From: Candidatus Poribacteria bacterium
GTDB taxonomy: Bacteria; Poribacteria; WGA-4E; WGA-3G
Assembly (NCBI GenBank): GCA_965197475.1
Contig: CBDANF010000003.1
Location: 1,824,001-1,888,000, forward strand
Direction of reading: 5' to 3'
Length of the DNA stretch: 64,000 nt
Numbering within the stretch: the first letter of the stretch is position 1; every line of letters begins with the position of its first letter. A program made the position numbers and the translations under genes. The notes beneath the pieces are model-generated. The model worked only from the letters and a program-made list of their open reading frames with translations. It had not been told where the DNA came from and searched no databases. Below, piece by piece: positions 1 to 10,232 of this stretch.

Positions 1-2482
1 CAAGTTGGTCAGTAATTTGCCTTTCTGCCAATGCGCCAACAGGTAGGACGATGGTATAATCGGGGATATCGTCTCGCACTCGGGTGAATCTGTTTTGGAA
101 GAGAATGGTCCCAAAATCAGGGATATCACGCTGGTAGGTTACGTGTATGTATTTGGAATCATTTTTTCGACGACTTGAGACTTCGCTTTCGTTCAACCAT
201 CCGACTTGCAGGGATAAGTTATCAAGTAGGTCGTATTCTGCTTTGATATGATATCCATCACGGTCAATACCGTATTCGTATTGCGGTTCAAAATCATCTT
301 CCAACGAATCAATGTAACCGTTATTATTCAAGTCAATAAAATCAGTAAAGACAGGTGGATCAGCCTCAAAGATGAGAAAATCTTCTTGGTAGTCCAACGT
401 TCCATTCTGATCTCGGTCATCAGCGCGTGGAAGTACTCCATCAAAGTCTATGTCATCAGGCCAGTCATCATCATCATCATCATCTTCAATGAGAGCATAT
501 TTAGTTCCATCCCACGGGAATATTCTAGTTCCATCCCACGGTATTAATTCATTAGGTGGTGCTGGTGGCTCTGGAATCGGGACCTCATCCAAATTGTAAC
601 GTTGGTCACGAATGTGGGGAGCAGCACCGAAGTTCAGATAGGTGGTCGTATAACCTGGATCAATATGGTATAAGACCCCTTCAAGGTAGAGTTTCCCAAA
701 ACGTGATTTGAGTTGGACAAACCATGCGGTTTCTCTACCAAGCTCTCCATCACCGCTTTCATCTGTTCCATCTCCACCGAGCATCGCTTCAAAACGTTCA
801 CCTTCTGTTTCAGAGTAGGTAGGTATACCATTTGAATCTACTGCTAATCCAGTGTCGGGGTCAATTGAAGTACCAGTGGTTACTTCTTCATCTTCACTTG
901 TTTCAATAACCGTTTTGACACGACTAAACCCTACCTTATTTTTAGGGATAGTAGGGTACTGTTTGTATTTGCCATTAATAGAGTAGTGTACCCTCACAAA
1001 GACATTACCGACACTTCCTTCAAGATCAAGACCGTAGAGAACTGAGGCGCGCGCGGCACCGTAGCGGTAAACGACTTTCCGAGGTCTTCCTTCACCTTCC
1101 CATTTAGTAGGATTATCTACGAGGCTTTCTCGGTTTTCGGTATATTCAGGAGATTGCCCATAGTTTCCGGGTGCCTCAATAATATCACGGTAAGGTATTT
1201 GAATATGCCCATCTTCAGTTTTAATCCATTCTTGAATTTCGGGATCTGTCTCGGCTTGGTTTGCTGCACTAAATCCAATAACAGCAATATTGTAATCACC
1301 AGCGACGACCATGTCAAAAACAACAGATTTTACTGTCCGCGGGTCGATATCGTGCTGTTCAAACACGAAGTCATACTTCATCTTATTGAAACCATCAACA
1401 ATTTTCCATTCTCTATCAACATCAACGGAGTCACGGACCTGGTCAATAGAAGGGTCAACAGGTTCAATGTCATTAACAGTGACCTCAATTTTCCGTGACT
1501 GTTCAGGTTGAAGAGGGGGTTCATACCCCGCAGCTATTTCTTCCGCTGATATACCTTCATCATCAACTTCTTGTGTTACAATGTTGACTACTATGGTTTT
1601 GATAGCAGCACCGACACCTCCGCTAATATTCTCACCGTGCAGGTCCTGATCATATCCATCAAAATCGGTAATCTTCACTACATGATTGTCTTCGGGAGAG
1701 TCATCTCGAAAAACAATTGTGATACTTTCAGGTGGTGTATTTGCAACGGTTCCCATAAATGGGTTTTCCACGCGTTCTGGGTGTTCTTTGTGCAGATTCA
1801 CATAAGTAAATCCGACACGGAAAATATCGCCCAATAACCCTTGTCCTCGAAAACCAACGAGTCGTGCGTTTTCAATGTGCCGAACTCCGGCGGACGGCCT
1901 AAATTCATTTCGACGTCCGACAACCCCCGCGAGGCTCGGTTGATTGTCTGATAATAGGACAGGGTTAGAAATGCGTGAGTTGAGGAGGGTAAAGAGATGC
2001 CGTTCTTGTGCAAAAGAGAGATCCCACCGAAATCCATCAAACTCAGTTTTATAGATAATATACCGGTTCGGGAACAAGGTAGAAGGTTTGATGCGTAGGT
2101 GATCGCCAATTGCAAACTCGGTATATCTACCTCGGTAGGCATCTTCAGTCAAGATGGTATGGTCCAATTGGAGCGCGTAACGAACAGCGTCTAATTGACC
2201 TGTCCACCCGACAATCAATTCACCATTCTGATTGAATCTCTTACGCTCGCGATAGTTGTGGACCTCACTACCTTCCAAAAGCTCTTTACCAAAGAGATCA
2301 TAGAAAAACTGTGGTTCTTCTTCTAATTGGAATCGATCTGAGAATTTTGCGTCTCCATCAATAGTAGGTAAAAGAGGTTCTTGCGGTCCTAGGCTTTGTG
2401 CACCGCAACCGTAAAGCACAAACCCACTTACGATGCAAGTCGCTACAAGCAAAACATTAATCGTTCGTTTTAACTTGTTCAT
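1..2482 (-). CDS. Large lipoprotein / outer-membrane protein with acidic Ca-binding-like repeats; 3' end runs out of the window
   Basis: Absent from the ORF track because no stop falls in the window. AGGAGG RBS, then ATG at 2482 (MNKLKRTINVLLVATCIVSGFVLYGC, lipobox LYGC). Frame stays open for 827 codons to base 2. Contains DDDDDDWPDD, DRDQNGTLD and DLNNNGYID motifs. Confidence 0.85.
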   Translation of the reverse strand, partial: MNKLKRTINVLLVATCIVSGFVLYGCGAQSLGPQEPLLPTIDGDAKFSDRFQLEEEPQFFYDLFGKELLEGSEVHNYRERKRFNQNGELIVGWTGQLDAVRYALQLDHTILTEDAYRGRYTEFAIGDHLRIKPSTLFPNRYIIYKTEFDGFRWDLSFAQERHLFTLLNSRISNPVLLSDNQPSLAGVVGRRNEFRPSAGVRHIENARLVGFRGQGLLGDIFRVGFTYVNLHKEHPERVENPFMGTVANTPPESITIVFRDDSPEDNHVVKITDFDGYDQDLHGENISGGVGAAIKTIVVNIVTQEVDDEGISAEEIAAGYEPPLQPEQSRKIEVTVNDIEPVDPSIDQVRDSVDVDREWKIVDGFNKMKYDFVFEQHDIDPRTVKSVVFDMVVAGDYNIAVIGFSAANQAETDPEIQEWIKTEDGHIQIPYRDIIEAPGNYGQSPEYTENRESLVDNPTKWEGEGRPRKVVYRYGAARASVLYGLDLEGSVGNVFVRVHYSINGKYKQYPTIPKNKVGFSRVKTVIETSEDEEVTTGTSIDPDTGLAVDSNGIPTYSETEGERFEAMLGGDGTDESGDGELGRETAWFVQLKSRFGKLYLEGVLYHIDPGYTTTYLNFGAAPHIRDQRYNLDEVPIPEPPAPPNELIPWDGTRIFPWDGTKYALIEDDDDDDDWPDDIDFDGVLPRADDRDQNGTLDYQEDFLIFEADPPVFTDFIDLNNNGYIDSLEDDFEPQYEYGIDRDGYHIKAEYDLLDNLSLQVGWLNESEVSSRRKNDSKYIHVTYQRDIPDFGTILFQNRFTRVRDDIPDYTIVLPVGALAERQITDQL
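502..541. repeat. In-frame 24-nt-period tandem duplication (PWDGT twice)
   Basis: tagttccatcccacgg at 502-517 and 526-541. Confidence 0.8.
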
Positions 2483-2950
2483 TAGTTTTGTATTCCTCCT
2501 TAGGAAATAATTGGTTCGGATATCAGACACACTCACCATAGTAGGTAATTTTCCTGCAGGCTCGGATGTCCGACCTCTGAAATGCCTTAAAATGGATAGA
2601 ATCTATAACGTATGTAAACCAAAAGAGCAGATATCCGTTTTTATTTTGTAAAGACAACTCGTGGGAGTTAGTTGAAACTTTTTGGTTGGTTATACATCCT
2701 GCCACTAAATTTTGAGAACGTAGGTTGGCAGGATTTAGATGCCCTCCATAAATTTAAGGTTGTTTTGGGAGAATTCCCCACAAAACGGTTATTAACTGCT
2801 TTAGAATAACATAGATGTGATTTTTTGTCAAGTTTGACGAAAAAGAAAAAGATTGAGTTGTAAAGCAGAGTTTGGGTTAGAATCATATCATAATTGTCAT
2901 AGTTTTTCAAGAAAAAATTTATATGATTAGATAAAAAATTTAATGTAAGT

Positions 2951-3124
2951 CAGGGCCTACGCAAATCTAATATGCGTGCCGAATTGAACATGTATTGTAA
3001 ATCCAAATCAACGCCAAGAGCATATAGCACAAGGCGGCTTACAAAGCCCTCTCACGATTTGTGAGATAGACTATACGACGACAAATGCTGCAACTTCTGA
3101 AACAAGTTGTCTGCAAAAGTCTCA
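2951..3124. mobile_element. MITE of the AGGACTTACGCA-TIR family (degenerate)
   Basis: cagggcctacgca ... tgcaaaagtctca, flanked by 5-bp direct repeat TAAGT (2946-2950, 3125-3129). Confidence 0.6.
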
Positions 3125-3130
3125 TAAGTT

Positions 3131-4540
3131 TTAAAAACTTTCCGAGGCGGTTTTAAAAAATTCGGTTAACAAGGCAATAGTTACGCCTAAACACAACCCG
3201 ACAACCCCCGCAAGGATAACTATTAATTTAAATTGGGGACTGACCGGAACCTTTCTCGGCACACCAATATCAACGATTTCAATGCCACCCTTCTGTGCGG
3301 CAGTAACGTTGGTTTCGGTGCTCAAAATTTCGGATTCAAGATAGCGTTTTGCAATTTCTTCTTTGAGGGTAGCAGCTAGCTCAATTTTAGTGCGCAACTG
3401 TGTAAAGGTATGTTGATTTTCTGGAATTCGGTTTAGTAATGATTGCAATTGTCGCTTGGTTTCTCGCAATTCTTGTTCCAGTTGATTCGTCTCGTTTTGA
3501 TAACTTTCGATGGTTGGCGGCAACTCAATTAATTGATTTTGTATGTATATATAGTTGGCAGAAGTACCGTATGTGGTGGCAGTTGCCATTTGCGGTGTAG
3601 TTTCAGACTGCTTTTGAATTTCCTCAATTTGTGCGTCAAGTCCGCGGATATCATGGGAACTTTCTCCAGCTTTTTCCGCATCACCGATGCGCTGAGATTC
3701 CAAGTCAAGTAATTTCTCTTGCTGATATAGATAGAGTGGATTGTGGTTCCGAGTTTCCGAAATTTGTGACTGTTGTGGAAGGTCGTTGTAGCGGTTTTCA
3801 AAATGGTTAAGACGAAGACGTGCAGCATGAAGTGCTTGTTCGGAGATCCCAAGTCGTTCCTGCAAGTTTCGATGTTGTTCCAATAAACTTGCTAACTGAG
3901 GATACCATGTCTCTGGACTTCCATTCTCGCGAACAAATTTAAGGGTCTCGTCTATGAGTTGTTGAATTTCCTTATCTATATCTTCCCGTTTTCGTTGAAG
4001 GGACCATTGATGTTTTGCCAATCTTGTTTTTTCATCTTCACTTCGTAGCGTTTGCATGTCTCGCGCCAGTTGGTTAACCAAAAGTGCTGCATTCCGTTCA
4101 CCACCTGAGGCTTCGTTTAATTCAATTGACAATTCAATATAATCCGCCTCTGGGTGAATTTGCGCTTTTAGGTCCCGTTTGAGATTGCCAATACTCGGAA
4201 GGTGCTGCACCCCTCCCAGTTGATTTTCTTCAAGGTTTTCAACTGCAGCGTTCAGCATAGATTCTGTAGAAAACCTTTTACTAATTGTCGCCATTTCCCT
4301 GCGATCAACTCCACCTGAAAAGACTGTTTGGAACAAATTATTGGAAGAGACAGGAGAGACAGAGTTAGATTGTATGAGTCGTATCAACGTGGAAGCCGAA
4401 TAGGTTTTAGGTATACGCAGTGAAATAACAAGCGCAGTACCTAAAACCAATAGAGTACTCAAGCAGATAACAAAGTCGTACTTCCGAATGAATTGCAGAT
4501 AGTCTTGCAAAATTTCCTCTTTTTGAGGCATGAATGTCAA
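3131..4540 (-). CDS. Wzz/GumC-like polysaccharide chain-length/export protein
   Basis: N-terminal TM followed by PKTYSASTLI, long coiled coil, C-terminal IVD..VPRKVPVSP plus TM. Confidence 0.8.
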   Translation of the reverse strand: MTFMPQKEEILQDYLQFIRKYDFVICLSTLLVLGTALVISLRIPKTYSASTLIRLIQSNSVSPVSSNNLFQTVFSGGVDRREMATISKRFSTESMLNAAVENLEENQLGGVQHLPSIGNLKRDLKAQIHPEADYIELSIELNEASGGERNAALLVNQLARDMQTLRSEDEKTRLAKHQWSLQRKREDIDKEIQQLIDETLKFVRENGSPETWYPQLASLLEQHRNLQERLGISEQALHAARLRLNHFENRYNDLPQQSQISETRNHNPLYLYQQEKLLDLESQRIGDAEKAGESSHDIRGLDAQIEEIQKQSETTPQMATATTYGTSANYIYIQNQLIELPPTIESYQNETNQLEQELRETKRQLQSLLNRIPENQHTFTQLRTKIELAATLKEEIAKRYLESEILSTETNVTAAQKGGIEIVDIGVPRKVPVSPQFKLIVILAGVVGLCLGVTIALLTEFFKTASESF

Positions 4541-4595
4541 TTTTCCCCGAAAAGTTGGGTGAAAACCCTGCTCCTTTCACTTGAACTGTGTTCAA

Positions 4596-5156
4596 CTATA
4601 GATTGTTAGCGATACGAATTTCTTCATTGTTGAATGCTTCGTCATGCCATTCGGTGATACGCCATTCGCCATCTCTTTTTTCGAAAATGAACAAGTTATC
4701 ACCTTCCGCGAACCACCCTGTGAATCCCCCTTCAAGAGATTCACCATCAGCAACAAAACCTTGAATTCGGTAATGATTTCGCACTTCGGCTTCATTACCA
4801 TCTTCAGTTATAGCTATTTCTGGTGGAATGGAGAGTTCTATCTCAATATCTTGAAACCGACTAAAAACGCGGGTGGCAGAGTCACGTTCATCCCGGATAT
4901 CATCAAACTCCAAGTCATCGGTTTTATCACCATCAGTTCCCATGTCTGAAACGTAACGGAATCCTTGAGACCAATATGCACTCATATAGGTATCAACATC
5001 TTCAGTTTCATAACCTTCTCGCCATCGTTTCAAAACCCCGTTAATTGCCAAAAAGTCCTCAGGCGGCACCTGATTCACCTTATCAACGTCGCCGCAACCT
5101 ATAAAACATGCTACTAAAACAAGCACGCTACTTATCTTTACTACTTCCTTTAACAT
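4596..5156 (-). CDS. Lipoprotein with NTF2/SnoaL-like domain
   Basis: Lipobox FIGC; W..GYE.EDVD.YM..Y and C-terminal KRDGEWRI typical of the NTF2 fold. Confidence 0.7.
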   Translation of the reverse strand: MLKEVVKISSVLVLVACFIGCGDVDKVNQVPPEDFLAINGVLKRWREGYETEDVDTYMSAYWSQGFRYVSDMGTDGDKTDDLEFDDIRDERDSATRVFSRFQDIEIELSIPPEIAITEDGNEAEVRNHYRIQGFVADGESLEGGFTGWFAEGDNLFIFEKRDGEWRITEWHDEAFNNEEIRIANNL

Positions 5157-5174
5157 AATAATTTTATCTCCAAA

Positions 5175-5726
5175 TTAAAATGTTTTGACGACTCCTAAAT
5201 AGAGTCTTGATGGAGTGATCCCAACTTGGAACCCCAATTTTTCAATGTTCTGCGCATCCTCTTGAATTGAACGAATTTGTGAGGTAGCGTTGTAAAAGTT
5301 CGCACTGACATAGGAATCAATAATGCTATAAGCCCAAATCCCAATCCCTGTGTAGATAAAAAACATCTTGAGTTTATATTTCTGATTTGCCTTGTCGTAA
5401 CTTGCCAACACCGTATCAGAATCATCTGGATCATAACTTGCAGTCAGAACGTAGTTGTTATATTGTGTTGCAAAGGATTGATGGGCAAGAAATGCGCCAA
5501 CAGCTGAACTACCGATACCGAGTAGGACAAGACCTCCACGAAAGTAGTTACGGCTATGAAATTGTCCCCATCCAGGAAAAACAGTTGAACGCGCCATAGT
5601 ACCTATAGGTGAAATTAGTCTTACCGATTTCTCAGGTTCCGGAGGAATGATCCTGTTCCCTATATCTTCAGCAAAACAAAATTCTAAACTCAATAGTAGA
5701 ATCAAAAATGTCAATAAAAAACGCAT
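5175..5726 (-). CDS. DUF5683-like membrane protein
   Basis: RS.VFPGWGQF motif and W.YSIIDSYV motif. Confidence 0.65.
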   Translation of the reverse strand: MRFLLTFLILLLSLEFCFAEDIGNRIIPPEPEKSVRLISPIGTMARSTVFPGWGQFHSRNYFRGGLVLLGIGSSAVGAFLAHQSFATQYNNYVLTASYDPDDSDTVLASYDKANQKYKLKMFFIYTGIGIWAYSIIDSYVSANFYNATSQIRSIQEDAQNIEKLGFQVGITPSRLYLGVVKTF

Positions 5727-5837
5727 AAATTTAATCTAATTGTCCTGAAACTACGCGAAAAGTAATCGCGAAGTCTAAATGTGATGTCAAAAATGCCAGT
5801 CCCAATTTTGACATCAACAATAATGTTTATATTATTG

Positions 5838-5878
5838 TTGATGATGCCTCGCGCAAAAATTGCGCGAGGCATCGTCAA
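5838..5878. terminator. Strong hairpin downstream of the 5910-7484 gene
   Basis: ttgatgatgcctcgcgca-aaaat-tgcgcgaggcatcgtcaa. Confidence 0.6.
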
Positions 5879-5909
5879 TGTAAGAAAAGCCACTAATGCT
5901 AACTATGTT

Positions 5910-7484
5910 TTATCTTCTTCGTTTTATCCGTTCTGTTGTTCGACTACGACTATTGTTGTCATCATCATCGTCATCGTCACTATTGGAATTAGAACTTGAA
6001 CGGCTTGATGAACGATCAGTCGTTGTTGAACGAGTACGAGAACTGGAAGATGGAGTCCGGCTAACCCTTTCTGGTGGGGTTCGCGACGATGTGGAACTTG
6101 GCGGCGTAACAGACGCGCTTCGCTGTTTTGTTCGCTCACTGCTACTGCGCAGGCGTGAATTAGACGAAGAACTGGTACGGCTTGAAGAAGATACCGACCT
6201 TCTATAAAGATCAGAAGATCTATTCGTAATTGAAGTGCGACTCCTAGCAGTATTTACATTTGAACGTGAATTAGGGAGAAGTCTCCGCTGTCTTTCCGTT
6301 GTCTGGGTCGAAGAACGAGTACGACTACTATAAGTTCGAACTGCATCGTTTTGTTGGAGTGTCGGTCTGGAAGCAGCTGTTCGTTGTTTCTGAGAAATTA
6401 TCGCAGACCGAGCAATACGTTCTGTTGACGGAGGTGCTTGTCTACGGTGATTTTCAATAACAACACAGACATCATTTCGGATTTGGGTCCGATCCAAAGT
6501 CCGAGTAGATGTTGCTAACCGGCTCCGAGAATACTGTTTGCGCGTTGTTTCGTGTTGCGCACTCCACCTATTTAACTGTGTCCGCTTACTGTATACTGGA
6601 GTAGACCTACCGTATCTACCATAGTAAGGTGAGTGGTAATACGAGTAACGTGCCGGGTGATAGGTGCGGTAACGACCTAAGTAACCACCATAATAGGTGC
6701 GAATTGAGAGGTAGCGATGATCGTAAACCGGATAACTCCAACACAGATAGGAATCGTATCCAGATGTGTAAAAAACGGGTCCGTCGTAAAAGTAGAGATA
6801 GGTGTATCGATTCCAAGGACGCCAACGATAGGAAGGCGTATAGTGCTGAATTATGCGTACTTTTGGAGCACGACGATAGGTTGAAACTTCAATATACTCA
6901 ACATCAAGTTGCTCGCCACCTTCAGCAACGACATGAAGTTCCATCCATCCATTCTCAACATGTCCCGCAACGGGAATTTTTATCGTTTCAGAACGATTTT
7001 TTGCGCGAAGTACAAAGGTATCACCATAACGGGTTTCAGCGGCATTTTGGTCGTGGTAGCCACGCCGTGTTGCTTCCCGTTTGATATTACGAACCCAGAC
7101 GCGTCCAGCAATCGGTTCATAGGAGTCGTTTATCTCAAACTTGTTCGGTTCACCCTTATAGCGAATTAATATTTCAATAGATTGTGCGTTACGTGGAATT
7201 TCAAACAGATATACGCCGCTTGCAATAGCAAATTCGTAGTTGTCTGCATCCTGATGATTGTTTGCCCATGCGGTAAGCCGCATACCTTCTTCAAAGATAG
7301 GACTTGCAGTTATTGTGGCGTTGCCGCGTTCTATCCATTCATCTACGTCATTCGCGACTCGGTGTTCACGACTCAGTCGGTCCGCGTAATAATCGTAATC
7401 GGCGTAACTCACTGATGCTAACGTCCCGATTAGCAAGCAGCTGAGGAGTCCTGCGATTGATAAAGTGAAAATTCGTTTCAGCAT
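5910..7484 (-). CDS. Secreted hypothetical protein with Tyr-rich middle and Ser/Arg-rich disordered tail
   Basis: AGGAGG RBS, signal peptide, 524-aa ORF, low-complexity C-terminus. Confidence 0.75.
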   Translation of the reverse strand: MLKRIFTLSIAGLLSCLLIGTLASVSYADYDYYADRLSREHRVANDVDEWIERGNATITASPIFEEGMRLTAWANNHQDADNYEFAIASGVYLFEIPRNAQSIEILIRYKGEPNKFEINDSYEPIAGRVWVRNIKREATRRGYHDQNAAETRYGDTFVLRAKNRSETIKIPVAGHVENGWMELHVVAEGGEQLDVEYIEVSTYRRAPKVRIIQHYTPSYRWRPWNRYTYLYFYDGPVFYTSGYDSYLCWSYPVYDHRYLSIRTYYGGYLGRYRTYHPARYSYYHSPYYGRYGRSTPVYSKRTQLNRWSAQHETTRKQYSRSRLATSTRTLDRTQIRNDVCVVIENHRRQAPPSTERIARSAIISQKQRTAASRPTLQQNDAVRTYSSRTRSSTQTTERQRRLLPNSRSNVNTARSRTSITNRSSDLYRRSVSSSSRTSSSSNSRLRSSSERTKQRSASVTPPSSTSSRTPPERVSRTPSSSSRTRSTTTDRSSSRSSSNSNSDDDDDDDNNSRSRTTERIKRRR

Positions 7485-7758
7485 GAGATCCTCCTAAGTG
7501 ATAATCTTATACCAACAAGGTTAACTGTTTGTTGACAAGATTTAGGTATAATTCAATATTCTTTTCTTCTGTTCGTATCTCAGTAAATTCTGTAAAACTT
7601 AGTCTCCGTTTTTCGTTCTTTCTGTCTCAAGCATAAAATGGACTTTATAGAATTAAAAATGATAAAATCGTATTCTGTTAAAAACATTATACAATTTCTT
7701 ATCACAATTGTCAAGAAATATTTCAATTGGACAGTAATTCTGAAAACCGGACTTAATA

Positions 7759-8499
7759 TTACGACTTAGGTGTAAGCGTAATACCCCGTTTTCGCGCTTG
7801 CTCACACGCAAGAGGAGTTACAATAGCATTTTTAGCATAAACTAACTCTTGGACATTAGATGCCAGATCCGCGATAACAGTTGCGCTGATGACAGGAGTT
7901 TCTACACTTACTCGATTTGGTTTATCACCTTCACGAATTGTTGCCGCAATCTGATCAACCGTTACCCATTGAACGCCAAATTCGGTTAGTGCGTTTACAT
8001 GTGCAGGTTCTATTTGGTCCATCGTGAGTGATTTTTTATCTATATACTTCCTCGTGTTTGAAATATCTGATGCGGCTATAACCCGTTTTCCGCAACAAAG
8101 CGCGTGAAAAACCAAGTAGGTACAAGGGGTATCAACTAACTTCAAAGCAAGTTTTCCCGCCATTGGATAGGAAAGTGCGGGTAAAAGAATCTGCGAATAA
8201 GCATCAATAAAAGATGGTATGTCGGTCAGATCATTTTCCTGAAGTATGTTTTGTTCACCAAACGTAGCATAAATCGATTCAAGGTTTACCGCTTTAGTTG
8301 CAAGTTCGGATAAAATAATTGTAATTTTCCACCCTTCTTGCCTGCACGTTTGGAATTGCTGAAGCACTTGCTCTAATGGAAGTTGCGTAGCTCCAAGTAT
8401 TGCAAGCAGTTGTTTTTCGGATTGTTGGGTGCTACGGACATGCTCTTGAAGCACTCTCTCAACAATTTTTTCGATTTGGGCAATCTGTTCTGGTGTCAT
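7759..8499 (-). CDS. BMC-associated flavoprotein-fold protein with N-terminal encapsulation peptide
   Basis: QIEKIVERVLQE amphipathic helix; LP.LS....KLAL...DT flavoprotein pattern; IVTPLA.EQAR.RGI tail; overlaps pduL. Confidence 0.7.
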   Translation of the reverse strand: MTPEQIAQIEKIVERVLQEHVRSTQQSEKQLLAILGATQLPLEQVLQQFQTCRQEGWKITIILSELATKAVNLESIYATFGEQNILQENDLTDIPSFIDAYSQILLPALSYPMAGKLALKLVDTPCTYLVFHALCCGKRVIAASDISNTRKYIDKKSLTMDQIEPAHVNALTEFGVQWVTVDQIAATIREGDKPNRVSVETPVISATVIADLASNVQELVYAKNAIVTPLACEQARKRGITLTPKS

Positions 8500-9209
8500 G
8501 TTTCATCGCGTAGCAGTTCAACAGCTTCGCCACCTTTTAAACCAGCGGCATTGGAATCGTCAGTATCCAAGTGCATCTGAAGCACATAAGATTCATGAAT
8601 TTTCGGACGAATGTTCTCAAACGTTAAAGCACGTTCACCCGATATGCGGACCTTTAAAAGGTCTGTTTCCCTAATATCAAATGCTTCAGCTTGTTCAGGT
8701 TTCATGTGGATGTGTCGTGCCGCACAGATCACCCCCTCTTTTAAATAGACACTTCCTGCAGGACCGACAAGGGTTATCGCTTCAGCTCCAGCGAGATCCC
8801 CGGAATCCCGAATGGGCGGATTCAAACCGAGGCGAATTGCCTCTGTCTGTGCCACTTCTACCTGGGAGTAATCCCGCACAGGCCCGAGGATACGCACATG
8901 TTCAATGGCACGCATCCGCTTTCCGACGACAGTGACTGTTTCATTCGCAGCAAACGCTTCAGGCTGATAAAGCGGCGCATAGACGGTAAGCTGATGTCCA
9001 GGACCGTATAGGATTTCAAGGTCTTCCTGGGTTACGTGTGCATGCCGAGCAGAAACCCCAACAGGAATTTTTTGCTGCGCTATAGCAACATCACACGCAC
9101 GGTTGCCTGCATCGCAACTCCGCAAGGCGCACCCACTGCAAGGTTGATCATTGGACAATCGACTTACCACACGGCGGGTAATTAACTCAACTAAGTCTTG
9201 GTCATGCAT
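8496..9209 (-). CDS. pduL: Phosphate propanoyltransferase (PduL-type phosphotransacylase)
   Basis: IPVGVSARHAH, RILGPVR, ARHIHM and MHLDTDDSNA motifs; N-terminal DLVELITRRVVSRL encapsulation peptide. Confidence 0.92.
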   Translation of the reverse strand: MHDQDLVELITRRVVSRLSNDQPCSGCALRSCDAGNRACDVAIAQQKIPVGVSARHAHVTQEDLEILYGPGHQLTVYAPLYQPEAFAANETVTVVGKRMRAIEHVRILGPVRDYSQVEVAQTEAIRLGLNPPIRDSGDLAGAEAITLVGPAGSVYLKEGVICAARHIHMKPEQAEAFDIRETDLLKVRISGERALTFENIRPKIHESYVLQMHLDTDDSNAAGLKGGEAVELLRDET

Positions 9210-9263
9210 CTCAATTTGTTTTTCTATTTGAATTCAAACGTTTTTAGAGGATTGTTCATGAAA

Positions 9264-9542
9264 TTATGATTCATTTGGCAGGATAGTTTCAACTTCAGCG
9301 TGTGGCCGTGGAATCACATGCACTGAAACAACTTCCCCTACACGTGCAGCAGCCTCTGCGCCAACATCTGTCGCTGCTTTCACAGCACCTACGTCTCCAC
9401 GCACCATAACAGTGACATAACCGCCCCCGATTTGTTGGTAACCGACAAGCCGTACATTCGCAGCTTTTACCATTGCATCTGCGGCTTCAATACTGCCAAC
9501 CAAGCCTCTTGTTTCAACTAAACCTAATGCTTCTCCAGTCAT
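9264..9542 (-). CDS. Bacterial microcompartment hexameric shell protein (BMC-H, PduA/EutM-like)
   Basis: [37 protein letters not shown]. Confidence 0.95.
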   Translation of the reverse strand: MTGEALGLVETRGLVGSIEAADAMVKAANVRLVGYQQIGGGYVTVMVRGDVGAVKAATDVGAEAAARVGEVVSVHVIPRPHAEVETILPNES

Positions 9543-9633
9543 ATTGATACCTATATCCTCCTATTGGAAATTCTGGATTTTAGCGTGAGTTGACTTATTG
9601 CATGCTCACGCAGGAAATTTGCAGCTAAACCGT

Positions 9634-10161
9634 TTATCGCCGCCGAAACAGCTTTTTTATACTCTTTCCCACAAAAGCAACGCCTTGCCCAATTTTCTTC
9701 GAAACATAGGTCACAACGGTTACCGTCTTCTTTAGAATACGGTGTCCCTTGCTACCCTCTTTGATCGGGATGCTCCATCCTACAGACACAGACCACTCGT
9801 ATTGTTTGCCGTCTGGTGTATAGTCCCTGTGAACTGTAGCCTGAGTATCTTCGTCTAATTGCTTGGTCAACACTTGACGATACCCGTCTGCGGTAAATTC
9901 TTTGTAGACATTTACTTGTGGTTGTTCCTGTGCATCTGTTCCAGGCTTTTCCGTTTCGTCTTTTTCATCTGTTTTTGCAGAACAATTGCAGGTATTTTCT
10001 TTCTGCTTTTTCTTTACCTGCTGTTGCTCAACTTTAGATGCTGATTGTTCATTCGCTTGGATTTCCATAACCTGAACTGAAAATCCACCGATGACAAAAA
10101 TCAAACCAATTATCATACTTATTAAGTTGCGATACATTCTGTATGCATCCTTGATTGCCAC
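9634..10161 (-). CDS. Hypothetical exported protein
   Basis: Signal/TM segment, 175-aa ORF in operon orientation. Confidence 0.6.
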   Translation of the reverse strand: MAIKDAYRMYRNLISMIIGLIFVIGGFSVQVMEIQANEQSASKVEQQQVKKKQKENTCNCSAKTDEKDETEKPGTDAQEQPQVNVYKEFTADGYRQVLTKQLDEDTQATVHRDYTPDGKQYEWSVSVGWSIPIKEGSKGHRILKKTVTVVTYVSKKIGQGVAFVGKSIKKLFRRR

Positions 10162-10232
10162 TCACTTTTATGCCAAAACAAATATATCAGAAACCGTAGT
10201 AATGATATGATTATATTGAACTCATGAGTATT

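Noticed and set aside
248-2142. Short ORFs listed in 248-2142
   Set aside because: Shadow frames of the long minus-strand gene starting at 2482.
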